64,000 nt of DNA, taken from the NCBI RefSeq assembly GCF_963921235.1, contig NC_086097.1:113276001-113340000 (forward strand), read 5' to 3'. The notes under the pieces were generated by a model. It was given only the letters and a program-made list of their open reading frames with translations, was not told the DNA's origin and did not search any database. The position numbers and the translations under genes are program-made. The DNA is from Mobula hypostoma (Eukaryota). Below, piece after piece: positions 38,122-49,826 of this stretch (its first letter is position 1; the number at the start of each line of letters is the position of its first letter).

Positions 38122-38687
38122 CACTCAATGGCACTTTATTTGGTAGACCCATACACCTGCATGTGAATACTAATCATGTGGCAACAACTCAATGCCTAAA
38201 AGCCCGCAGACATGGTTAAGAGGTTTAGTTGTTGTTCAGACCAAACATCAGAATGGGGAAGAAATGTGATCTAAGTGACTTTGATTATAGAATGATTGTT
38301 GATGCCAGACATGGTGGCTTGAGTATCTCAGAAACTGCTGATCTCCTGGAAGTTTCGTGCACAGCAGTCCCTACAGTTTACAGAGAACAGTGCAAGAAAC
38401 AAAAAACATCCAGGGAGTGGAATTTCTGTGAGCAAAAATAAAACGCCTTGTTATTGAGAGAGGTCAGAGGAGAATGGCCAGACTGGTTCAAGCCAACAGG
38501 AAGGCGACATTAACACAAGTACCCAAGCATTTCATTCTGTCATATGCAGAAGAGCATTTCTAAATGCACAACACACCGAACCTTGAAGTGGATGGGCTAC
38601 AGCAGCAGCAGAAGAGCAAACCAGGTTCCGCTCCTGTGGCCACTTTATGAAGTCCACTCCTGCACCTAATAATGTGGCCACTGAGTG
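38122..38687 (+). mobile_element. Tc1-derived non-autonomous DNA transposon
   Basis: TIRs CACTCAATGGCACTTTATT / AATAATGTGGCCACTGAGTG; remnant MGKKCDLSDFDYRMIVDARHGGLSISETADLL (Tc1 HTH). Confidence 0.8.
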
Positions 38688-39980
38688 TGTGTGAAATATG
38701 TAGGGTCTTTGATCTGAAATTGAAGTCTTTCTCTCTTTGCACGGATACAGCTGACCTGCATTTCCTGTTTGCATTTCCATGAACTACTTCTTATGAGCAA
38801 GTTAATATATCTTTTTTAAAGAGCATGCAATACACTTGATCACAGAAACTCCAGCTCCAAAATTAATCTGAATTTCCACGAACTAATTTCTGGCTTCTTC
38901 CGCCTTCCTTTCCAGTCCTGATGATGGGTTCCACCCAAAACCTCAACTGTACGTTCCTCTCCATTGATGCTGCCTGACTTACTTAATTCCTCCAGCATAT
39001 TGGGTGTGTTACTATTTCAGCAAGACATCCTAGGTTTGGAAACAGAGTAAAATTTGGCAGAATACAGCTAGGACCTAGTAAATTGAGTAATCAGTTAAAA
39101 TGCATTGAACTGTTCAGCAAAGGAATGCTGTAATACTGAAACTAACAATTCTTTCCTGTTTAGCATATGAAATAGGTAAGTATATAAAAATAGGTGCTTC
39201 TCATGCTCAATTTCACCCCCTCCCAATTATTCCACTGCCAACCTACGCAAGGTGCAAATTGCATTTTATCTATTTACCTACCAGCCTGTCTTTGCAACGT
39301 GAAAGGAAATCAAACCATGTGGGGTGGGGTGGGGTGGGGTGGGGAGAACAACATATCCATGGTCCACAGAGATATCTGAACCCCTTTACTTTTGCCCTTT
39401 TGCATTTCAGTGATTTTCGCCTTTCCACCACGTATAGGGTTCCCTTTCAGCTGCCTCACTCCTAAACTCCAAAGCATCCCAGAACTTGGGAATCCACCCT
39501 GTCTATTTGCCACAGCCTTTTCTTTTAAACTTTTGGTCATTTGTCATAACTTTCCTCAGGGTCAAACTTTGTTCAATAACATTCTTTTGGGTCATTTTAC
39601 TGGACCCAAGGTACTGCATGATCACAAGTTATCATAATGAACCCCTTTTTGGCATTATTTTTATAGATTACACTCTGTAAATGTCTTTACTAAACCTCAC
39701 TGAGATGTAATAAAAACTAACAAAAATGTCATCCTGGCAATGAGCAACAATTTAGGAAGCATCTGGGGAAAGAGGATAACACAGATGACCTTTTGGGTGA
39801 GATTACTGAAAAAGATAATCAGCTCTCTTTCTCTCTTCAGAGATGCTGTCCGATCTTCTGAGTATTTCCAACATTTATTTTAGACTTCCAGTTTCTGAAA
39901 ATTTTACTCTGGGGTGCATTTAGATATTTGCAAATTGGAAGTAATTAACACTGCCTCAGTATTAGTCCTATAATACTTAT

Positions 39981-40200
39981 GCCGACCAGAGGTGCAGCGG
40001 TATCAGCATGGACTTCAAAGCAGATGGTCCTCAGTTCGAATCCGGCTGGGTCCCAACCTGGGCAACAGCACTATAGTATCTGTGCAGAAGAAAGGAGAAT
40101 TCTACTTCTGTATCTTTCCATGAAAACCCTATGGACAACCACACCATCCATAGGATCACCATGAGCCAACGACGACTCAACAGCACACAACAACAACATC
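39981..40200 (+). mobile_element. tRNA-headed SINE with (CAA)n tail
   Basis: B box GTTCGAATCC at ~40034; CAA-rich tail; related minus-strand copy at ~55890-56100. Confidence 0.6.
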
Positions 40201-40734
40201 TATGCATCTGGCACCTCATTTCATGAAAATCTGCACTAATTTTAAGAATACTAATTCTTGGCCAACTTCAGAAGAAAAACCAATCAAAGCATATTTTAAC
40301 ATCTTAAATTAATGCTAAGACTGTAAAAAAAACCATTTAGTTAATGAGTTTCAAGTTTGTTTTTCAATATATACAAGGAGATGTGCAGTTTGTCTCACAC
40401 AATCATAAACAATGCAAAACAGCAATGCAGGACTTTGCATGCAATACGAGGCTTTGAGGTGGTTCAGAAATAATGCTGAAACTAGATGGGAAAATGCTTT
40501 CCATTCAGTGAAACCAGATTAGAAAGATTTAAGGTAACTGCCAAATAATCTAGGAGAGAAGTTAAGACATTTTAAGCGAAAATGTGCATAGCCTGGTAAT
40601 CAAACTTCTGGAAGCAGATTTAATATTAATTTTCAAAAATGAATTGGGATATATTCTTCAGAACTCGTGGGAAGTGGGGCTATTTGGAGAGTATTTTCAA
40701 GCACTGTCAAATTGGATCAAATAGCTTCCTTCTC

Positions 40735-41370
40735 CCCAGTGGCCAGCCATTCTAACTCCACTTCTACATTCTACACCAACATGTCTGTCATGGCCTCCTC
40801 TGCCACCAAGATGAGGCTAGGTACAGGTTAGAGAAACAGTACCTTACATATACCTTGGTAGTCTCTAACCTGTAGGCAAGAACATCCATTTCTTGAATGT
40901 CCAGCAACCACTTCCATCTGTCCTCTTTTATCCTTATCCATCCAGCCACATCACCCCATCTCATTCCCCTCTCCCACAGTTTCGGTCTGTCCATTCCTCC
41001 CACCAATTCTCTTCCTCAATTCATCCCCTTTATTCCATGGTCCGCTGTCCTCTTCTATCAGATTCCATCTTCTTCAGCCCTTTGCCACCTCCCATCTCTT
41101 AACATCTCCTGCTTCATTCCCACTCTCCCCCTCCCTCACCTGCCTATCACCCGCTTCTCACCTGGATCTACCTATCACCCACCAGCTCTTGTTCCACCCT
41201 ACCCCACCAAACATCTTTCCCTATCTAGTTTTCCAGTCCTGATGAAGAGTCTCAACCCAAAAAGTTCAATGTCCATGTCCCTCCATAGATGCTGCCTTAC
41301 CCTCTGAGTTCCTCCTATATTCTGTGTGTTGCTCCAGATATTCAGCATCTGCAGTCTCTCTTGCATCTGT
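40735..41370 (+). mobile_element. Penelope-like 3' fragment
   Basis: GIY-YIG tail, pyrimidine-rich UTR, CAGTCCTGATGAAG hammerhead remnant, terminal motif. Confidence 0.7.
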
Positions 41371-41812
41371 ATGATTTCATGTCAAGATTGCAAGTTCAGT
41401 AAAAATCTCTAGGTAATAGCATCAGCTGGTAATAACATTGTGAATCATGGATAGTTACTGTTAAAACATAACGCGACAATAATGTAGCTAATAATGGTAC
41501 ATTAAACAATCATATGGAAGTAGCTTGTTCTGCTGACTTCTACATCTTACCAGCAGAATTCAGATTCAGAGACATTTATTTACCACATGTACAACTAAAC
41601 ATACAGTGAAATGTATCATATGCCTAAATAACCAACACAAGCTAAGGATGTGCTGGGGTCAGCCGGCAAGGGTCCTCAAACATTTCAGCAGCAACACAGC
41701 ACATCCACCATGTTCAGCAGAGCAACACAAGCAATGACAACAACAACAGAGCAACAGCAACTAAACAACAACAGCAAAACAAATCCCTTAACTCTCTCCT
41801 ACCCACCTGGCA

Positions 41813-41820
41813 TGCGCGCG

Positions 41821-41862
<42 letters not shown>
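41813..41862. repeat. (GC)n(CA)n alternating purine-pyrimidine microsatellite
   Basis: Directly visible; Z-DNA-prone by composition. Confidence 0.9.
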
Positions 41863-41864
<2 letters not shown>

Positions 41865-42572
41865 CCTCAAACCCCAGAACAGGCCGTAGGCAGGTTTCCA
41901 GGCTCCAGTGGACACTCGTTTGCAGACACTGGGCCTCCGACTTCTCCAGAGGACTTCCAGACTCGCTGATAGTGAAGAACAAATAGTAAATAGAAATTTA
42001 TAGCCAAAGCTGGAGCCAGAATTTACTGTTCATGGAAATTAATGCAAAAGAAATTATTGGTCATTTCCATAACCATTTATCCAATATTACATTTTAACAT
42101 CTTAACCATTTATACTGGATATTCCTAATATTGTACAACAGATAAACTTTATTTATTTATTGAGTTACAGTGCAGAAAAGGCCTTCCAGCCCTTCGATGT
42201 ATATCACCCAGCAAACCCAATTTAACCCTAGCCTAATCATTGCACTATTTATAATGACCAATTAATTTATCAACCAGTACATCTTTGGACTTTGGGAGGA
42301 AACTTGGGTACCCAGAGGAAACTCATGTGGTTACAGGGACAATGTCCAAATTCCTTACATACAGCACAGGAATTGAACCTGGTACAGTAAAGCATTGTGC
42401 TAACCGCTATGCTTCCTATGTAAAAATGTGAAGAGAATGTTGCTTAAATTGAATCACAGTTCTCATCCTAATGCGGTTCTTTGGAATCAATGCCTTAGTC
42501 CTTTCCATTCTAGGTTTGTGGGTTCTACATTGTAGGTTCTTCCACAGATGAAGCAGGTGATGATTTATGGGG

Positions 42573-43050
42573 TAACACACACAAAATGCTGGAGGATCTC
42601 AGTAGGTAAGGCAGCATCTATAAAGAGAAATAAACAGTTGACGTTTTTCCATTCTCCATTCTGGCTCGCTTCTTAACCCTTCTGTATTCCTCACTTTCCT
42701 AACAACTCCCCCTGGTGCCCCTCCCCTTTCCCTTTCTACCATCGTCCACTGTCCTCTCCCATCAGGTTCCTTCTTCTTCAGCCTTTACCTTTTCCACCCA
42801 TCATCTTTCAGCTTCTCGCTCCATCCCTTCTCCCCCACCCACCTGACTTCATTTATCACCTGCCAACTTGTACTTCTTCCCCTCCCCAGCCTTCGTGTTC
42901 TGGCTATTTCCCCTTTCCTTTCCAATCCTGATGAAGGGTCTCTGCCCAAAACGATAACTGTTTATTCCTCTCCATGGCTGCTGCCTGGCCTGCTGAGTTC
43001 CTTCAACACTTTGTGTATATTGCTCTGGCTATCCGGTGTCTGCAGAACCT
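42573..43050. mobile_element. Penelope 3' end with inverted terminal copy
   Basis: Minus-strand terminus at 42573-42645 joined to a plus-strand UTR and terminus ending near 43050. Confidence 0.7.
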
Positions 43051-43507
43051 CTCATGTTTGAGGTGGTTTATGGGACAGACAAGCAGGAAGTTTGTGATTT
43101 GGTGTCCTTCTTCCCCTGCTTAATGTGCACTTGTCCATGTTCCTGACAAATGTAGTCAGGGTTCCATCCCGAATGCTCCTTCTTAGCTCAGAGCGGTGAC
43201 GGGAATGTTGCATGTCTTTAAGAAGGCTTTCAATACTTCTAATCAATTCCTCAGTCCACCTGGTAATCTCTTCCCAGGAGAGAGTTTTTCCCTGTTGGTC
43301 TCATTGTTTACCATATTTATAAGCATTGGATCATCTCCAGTACTTAAGATCATGTCTTACATGACAAAGCTAAGTAATTAATACAAAATCTATTAAAATA
43401 TGCCCTGATCATTATACCAGTTCTTGGGATGGGAAAGATAGGGAGGTGGCTCTGAATGGATATAAGTAGCCAAACTTGTATCCACATTTCCACAATCCTT
43501 TGGGTTA

Positions 43508-45072
43508 CACTCAGTGGCCACTTTACTATGTAGAGGAGTGGAACCCAGTGCAGTCTTTTTCTGCTGTAGCCCATCCACTTCAAGGTTCGACGTGTTGTGC
43601 GTTCAGAGATGTTCTTCTGCACATCTCTGTTGTAACACGAGTTTATTTGAGTTACTATTGCCTTCCTGTCAGCTTGAACTAGTCTAGCCATTTTTTTCTG
43701 ACCTCGCTCATTAAGAAGGCGTTTTCGCCGACAGAGCCGCCGCTCACTGGATGTTTCTTCCTTCTTCTGTTTTTTTACCACTCTCTATAAACTCTAGAGA
43801 CTGATGTGAGTGAAAATCCCAGGAGTTCATAAAGATGAGGAAGTCTGCAGATGCTGGAAATACAGAGCAGCACCTAGCAACCCCACTCACCCCATCTTCC
43901 CACTGCCTTAACAGTGATGGAGTTCCTCTTGTCCTTACCTACCATCACATGAGCTTCTGCATGCAACACGTCATTCTCCACAAGTTCCGCCATCTCCAAA
44001 GGGATCCTTCAACCAAACATATTTTACCTTCCCGCCCCCTGTCTCTGCTTTCCGCAGGGATTGCTCCCTCTGTAATTCCCTTATCCATTCATTCCTCCCC
44101 ACTAATCTCCCTCCAGGCACTCATTCCTGCCAGTAGCCAAAGTGCTACACCTACCTATTCACCTCCATTCAAGGCCCCAGACAATCCTTCCAGGTGAGGC
44201 AACCCTTCATCTCTGAAACTGCTGGGGTTGTTCTTTATGTCAGGGGCTCCCAACGCGGCCTCCACTACATTGGTGAGACTCATTGTAAATTAAGGGACTG
44301 CTTTGTTGAGCACCTCTGCTCCACCTACCAAAAGTAGAACTTCCTGGAGGCAAAGCACTATAATTCTGATTCCCATTTCCATTCTGACATGTTGGTCCAT
44401 GGCTTCGTCTTGTGCCAAGAGGCACACTCAGGGTGGAGGAGCAACAGCTTATATTCCGTTTGGGTAGCCTCCAACCTGATGGCATGAATATAGATTTCTC
44501 CTATCAGTAGGCGAAATTTCCCTCCCCCTCCAATCTTCTTCTATTCACCACTCTGGCCTCTTACCTCTTCTCACCTGCCTATCACTTCCATCTAGGTCCC
44601 CTCCTCCTTTCCTTTCTCCTATGGTCCACTGTCTTCTATTAGATTCCTTCCTCTCCAGACCTTCACCTTTTCCATTCACCTGGCTTCACCTATCATCTTC
44701 TAGCTATCCTCCTTCCCCTCCCCTTACCTTCTTAATTTGGAATCTTCCCCTCCTTTTCCAGTCCTGAAGAAGGATCTCTGCCCGAAACGTTGACTGTTTA
44801 TCCATTTCCATTCATGCTGCATGACCTGCTGAGTTCCTCAAGCATTTTGTTTGTGTCCCAGGAGATCAGCAGTTTCTGAGATACTCAAACTACCCTGTTT
44901 GGCATCAACAATTACTCCATGGTCAAAGTCACTTAGATCTAATTTCATCTCCATTCTAATATTTGGTGTGATCAACAACTGAACCTCTTGACCATGTCAG
45001 CATGCTTTTATGCATTGAGTTGCTGCCACATGATTGGCTGAATAGATATTTGCATTAACGAGCAGCTGTACA
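43508..45072 (-). mobile_element. Tc1-derived element interrupted by a Penelope insertion (~43835-44857)
   Basis: TIR CACTCAGTGGCCACTTTA; ARLVQADRKAIVTQI...ISERTTRRTLKWMGY remnant on minus; Tc1 sequence resumes at CCAGGAGATCAGCAG (~44858). Confidence 0.8.
44759..44796 (+). ncRNA. Minimal hammerhead ribozyme motif in a Penelope terminus
   Basis: CAGTC-CTGAAGA-AGGATCTCTGCCC-GAAAC-GTT-GACTG: 5-bp stem I, intact core, GUU triplet, weakened stem II. Confidence 0.65.
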
Positions 45073-46999
45073 GATATGTTTCACATTTTATTGTTCCAAT
45101 ATCAAGAGGTGTGACTCATATGCACTGCACTTTTATGTTCTAAATTGCCAATAGGTTAATTTAAAAGTGGCAAGGATGGAAGCTGATTCTAAATGCAGTG
45201 GATTCAGATTAATTGGGTATCGGTTAATCAGGGCAGCCGTTTATTTGGAACAACACTTAAAGAACAAAAACTAATAGAGAAAATTGCCAGGTTTCTCTAC
45301 ATTTATCTTGGACACTATACCACTTAATTGAGACAGGAAACTGTTGCTAAACAGGATCTGACCAGTGTCAGTTGCACACACTTGTGTGGCCATTAGATGC
45401 TACACCTGTCATGGTCTGGTCCGCGAAGTCCGCATTCCGATTCATAGGTCCGGTCCACCGACCCTTGCTCCAGGTTTTCCTGTCTACCCTGTTTCTGTTC
45501 CTGTTGAGCACTAATTAAGGCAGCTGATGCTCGTTGGGGCTGGCTGCATAAATACCTCCAGAGAGCAGGGTGTGGCTGCTGGATTGTTCTTGTCCTTACT
45601 CCTTGTATCCCTTCCCCTGCCTTCTGTTTCCTCACCTGAAGCCCTGCCTTGTCTTACCTGTAACTCTCACCTCGCCTGAAGTTCTCGTCTCGTCTCGCCT
45701 TGCATTGCCTGAAGCCTTGCCTTATCTTGCCGGTAACTCTTGCCTCGCCTGAAGTTCTCGTCTTGCCTTGCATTGCCTGAAGTCTTGTCTTGGAGCCACC
45801 CTGAACCTAGCTCCCTTCCTGTCCCTTGCCTCCTTCAGGTAAGCCAGGCCAGATTGCTGTCACCCTATGGTGAGTCCTGTCCCTTCCTGTCCCTTGCTTC
45901 CGTCGGGTAAGCCAGGCCAGATTGCCGTTACCCTGAGGTGGGTTCTGTCCTTTCCTGTCCCTTGCCTCCATCAGGTAAGCCACTCCGTATTGCCATTACC
46001 TACGGTTGGTTCTGTCCCTTGCCTCCGTCGGGTAAGCCAGGCTGTATTGCCGTTACCCTGCGGTTGGTTCTGTCCCTTCCTGTCCCTTGCCTCCGTCGGG
46101 TGGATTACCGCACACTGCCCAGGAGTACCGTGCCCTGCCCAGGAGGAACATCAAGACCTCAAGCCTCGAGCCTCACCCGAAGCCAAGCTTCAAGACCCCA
46201 AGACTCGAGCCTTGCCCCAAGCCAAGCTTCAAGACCCCAAGCCTCAAGCCTCTAGCTAGTCTCAAGCCTCGCCTCAAGTCTCTAGTCTCAAGTCTCTAGT
46301 CTCAAGCCTCTGGTCTCCGGCCTCGCCTCAAGTCTGAAGACTCCAGCCTCATCCTGCCTGCCAGCCAAGTCACATTCTTGCCCAGTTCTGGGGTCCGAGC
46401 CAGAGGCAAGACCCAGGTTCTGGGTCCTTGTCCAGTCTCTGGCTCAGAGTCCAAGCCTGGGCTCCTAGTTCTCTTGCCCAGTCCTGTTCTGGGTTCCTGA
46501 TTTTCGTACCCATGTCCTAGCCCTCACCCTGTATCCCAGTCCTGTCCCTAGTAATTCAGTGTCCGTGTCTTGCACTTGGGTCCAGTTCCAGCCACCTCAA
46601 TATGATCTAGCCAACCATGGACCCAGCAACACAGACACTGTCATTTTCCTCTTATCACCCAGGATTCCCTTCTGTTAAATACCCTCCCACCCGCCCGGGT
46701 CGTCCATAGTCTGGATACCAGGAGGTTCCCATGGGGGCGGGGGGTTGTTACTGTCATGGTCTGGTCCGTGAAGTCCGCATTCTGGTTCATGGTCCAGTCC
46801 ATCAACCCTTGCTTCAGGTTTTCCTGTCTACCCTGTTTCTGTTCCTGTTGAGCACTAATTGAGGCTACTGATTCTCATTGGGGCTGGCTGCATAAATACC
46901 TCCAGAGACCAGGGCGTGGCTGCTGGATTGTTCTTGTCCTTACTCCTTGTATGCCTTCCCCTGCCTTCTGTTTCCTCGCCTGCAGCCCTGCCTTGTCTT

Positions 47000-49033
47000 T
47001 TTTTTATATATATAATTTTTATTGAGTTTTCAAAGTGATACATGAGGAAAAAAAAGTATCTACCCTCCCCCCTCCCCTTAACCCTCCCCCCTCCCCCCGA
47101 TATATACTCCTACCTAAAAAGAAAAGAAAAAAAAGAGAAAAAAAAGGAACCACCTGAATATAGGAAGGTTTGCACATGCTCCGTGGGATAAAAATAAATT
47201 TTATATATATTTGTTACTTTCCCCCAAGGAACCAAGATCTTCACCATCGGAGCTATAAATAAGGGCTCCAAATATTCAAAAATGTTACATATTTATCTCT
47301 TAAAATCTAAAATATTACTTAGCTTCTCAACTCTCATAGTTCCCTGGGGAATCTCTTTGAACTTCACCATGTTGCTATGTGTTTCCCTCCCAATCATCCA
47401 GGCAAAAAGAAAAAAAAGATAGATAAGATACAAAAAAAGAAAAAACAAAATATCCCTCCACTAATGTTGTGAATGAAAAAATACACAACACTACCTCCCT
47501 CCATTTTGCGGGTCGTGGCTATTGCCACGCTTGCACACATGAATAACGTAGCGATAGGTCAGTGTTTCTTCCAGTTCCCCCGTAACAAAAAATTATATAT
47601 ATATAGAAAAAAATTAATGTTATTATTCCCAGCTAAAGTCCTCAAATTTTAACCTTTCTTCCCCTCCCTCATATGACTAATAATATACTTATATATCCAT
47701 CCGCCTAAAAATTCAACAGGCCTAACCCTTGATCCAGTCTTCATCTTCAATCCATCTCACCCCGCTAAGTTTGTTCTTGTATCTGGTGAATATTCAAAGA
47801 ACCTCGCACAAACTCTTCCGCTTTCTGGTAATCGTCAAAAAATCTTTTTTCTCCACCAGCCAAAAAAATCTTCAAGGTTGCAGGATAACGCAATATAAAT
47901 TGATAACCGTGATCCCATAGGGCTTTTTTCACTGGATTAAACTTCTTCCTTCTTTTCAAAAGTTCATAACTTATGTCAGGGTAGAAAATAATTTTCTTCC
48001 CTTCTATCATCAGTGGCCCTTTTCTCTCCTTGGCAGCTTGGGCAGCCGCCTGTAGAATCCTTTCTTTATCTTGAAATCTTAAGAATTTTATTAAAATTGA
48101 TCATGGATATTGGTCATCTTGTGGTTTTGGTCTTAGAGCTCTATGTACCCGCTCAATTTCAATTGATCAGTCTTCCTCTTTCATTCGCAAGGTTTTCGGG
48201 ATCCACCTTTGAAAAAATTCTATTGGATTATCTCCCTCTGTACCTGCTTTAAGACCAACAATTTTAATGTTATTACGTCTACTAAAATTTTCCCAACATG
48301 TCCACTTTCTCCAAGAGTCGATTTCTTTCCGTGTTCCAGACAAGCACATTATTTTCAGTTTTTTCCAGTCTATCGTTAATATGCTCCATTGTTCTTTCCA
48401 TCTTCTGAAGTTTCTTATCCATTTTATCCTGTCTTTTCATAGCTTTATCATAGCACATCTTCACGTCTCTAGGCTCTGTTCTTAATTTTCTTAGTTCAGC
48501 CGTTAATTGCAATAAAGCCTCTCTTATGTCTCCGTCGTCTCCTTTACTTCCAGTCTCTTCCAGTTCTTCCTCCTCTTCTTCATCTGTATTCTCTGTGATA
48601 TCCAATTCTGACTCTGAGTCACATTCAGTTGCAGTGGCCGTCGGTTCTTGTAGTTTAAATTGTATCGGTTTGCGCATGCGTACTTCTTTGCACATGCACA
48701 ATTCCGGTATCATCTTCCGAGAGATCGCTACTGTCGCCATTGCTCCCCATTCTTCTACGCCAGAGATAAAATGCGTCTCCTCTGAAGGAGATCTAACCTG
48801 AATCCGAGGCTCCATCGCTGCAGTAGGCCCTTTTTTCTTCCCATCTCACGGTGACTTCACAACAACAGACTTCTTCTGTTGCGGTTTACGAGGCATATCG
48901 TAGAGTAATCTTACGAAGTTTATAAGTAGTTTTCGGAAAGTATTTATTAACTTTGTTTAAACGGTACTTTGCTGATTTTTTACGGCAGAGCTGGATTTAC
49001 ACGTCTCAATCCCGCGTCATTACGTGACCCCCC
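47000..49033 (-). mobile_element. ORF1-only (half-L1-like) L1 derivative, complete from 5' end to poly(A)
   Basis: 17-bp TSD CAGCCCTGCCTTGTCTT (46983-46999, 49034-49050); G-rich 5' end; AATAAA plus A-rich tail; L1 ORF1 motifs; only ~16 codons resembling the ORF2 C-terminus remain. Confidence 0.88.
47765..48896 (-). pseudogene. L1 ORF1p (coiled coil, RRM, CTD), disrupted
   Basis: MPRKPQQKK start, acidic tract, heptad coiled coil, SRRNNIKIVGL, IIFYPDISYELLKRRKKFNPVKKAL, YPATLKI; an early stop and frameshifts. Confidence 0.85.
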
Positions 49034-49460
49034 CAGCCCTGCCTTGTCTTGCTGGTAACTCTCGCCTCGCTTCGTCTGTAGTCTTGTCTTGGTGCCATCC
49101 TGTACCTAGCTCCCTTCCTGTCCCTTGCCTCTGCCGGGTAATTCAGGCCATCTTGCCGTTACCCTGCAGTTGGTTCTGTCCCTTCGTGTCCCTTGCCTCT
49201 GCTGAGTAAGCCAGGCCATCTTGCCATTACCTACGGCTGGTTCTGTCTCTTCCTGTCCCTTAGCTCCGTCGGGTAAGCCAGGCTGTATTGCTGTTACCCT
49301 GCGGTTGGTTCTGTCCCTTCCTGTCTCGTGCGTCCGTCGGGTGGAGTACTGCGCCCTGCCCAGGAGGAGCTTCAAGACCCCAAGTCTTGAGCCTCGCCCC
49401 AAGTCTCGAGCCTCGCCCCAAGCCAAGCTTCAAGACCCCATGCCTCAAGCCTCTAGTCTC

Positions 49461-49826
49461 AAGCCTCTGGTCTCCGGCCTCGCCTCAAGCCTCTGGTCTC
49501 CGGCCTCACCTCAAGCCTCTGGTCTCCAGCCTCACCTCAAGCCTCTGGTCTCCGGCCTTGCTTCGAGTCTCTGGTCTCCGGCCTTGACTCAAGCCTCTGG
49601 TCTCCGGCCTCACCTCAAGCCTCTGGTCTACAGCCTCGTCTCAAGCATCTGGTCTCCGGCCTCGCCTCAAGCCTCTGGTCTCCAGCCTCACCTCAAGCCT
49701 CTGGTCTTTGGCCTTGCTTCGAGTCTCTGGTCTCCGGCCTTGACTCAAGCCTCTGGTCTCCGGCCTCACCTCAAGCCTCTGGTCTCCGGCCTCGTCTCAA
49801 GCATCTGGTCTCCGGCCTCGACTCAA
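49461..49826 (+). repeat. 26-bp minisatellite (AAGCCTCTGGTCTCCGGCCTCRCCTC), ~14 copies, in LTR2
   Basis: Directly visible; 52-aa periodicity in ORF 49221+ reflects a 156-bp higher-order unit. Confidence 0.9.

Noticed and set aside
39981..40050. tRNA gene
   Set aside because: It has a B box but no convincing cloverleaf and continues into a SINE body and CAA tail.
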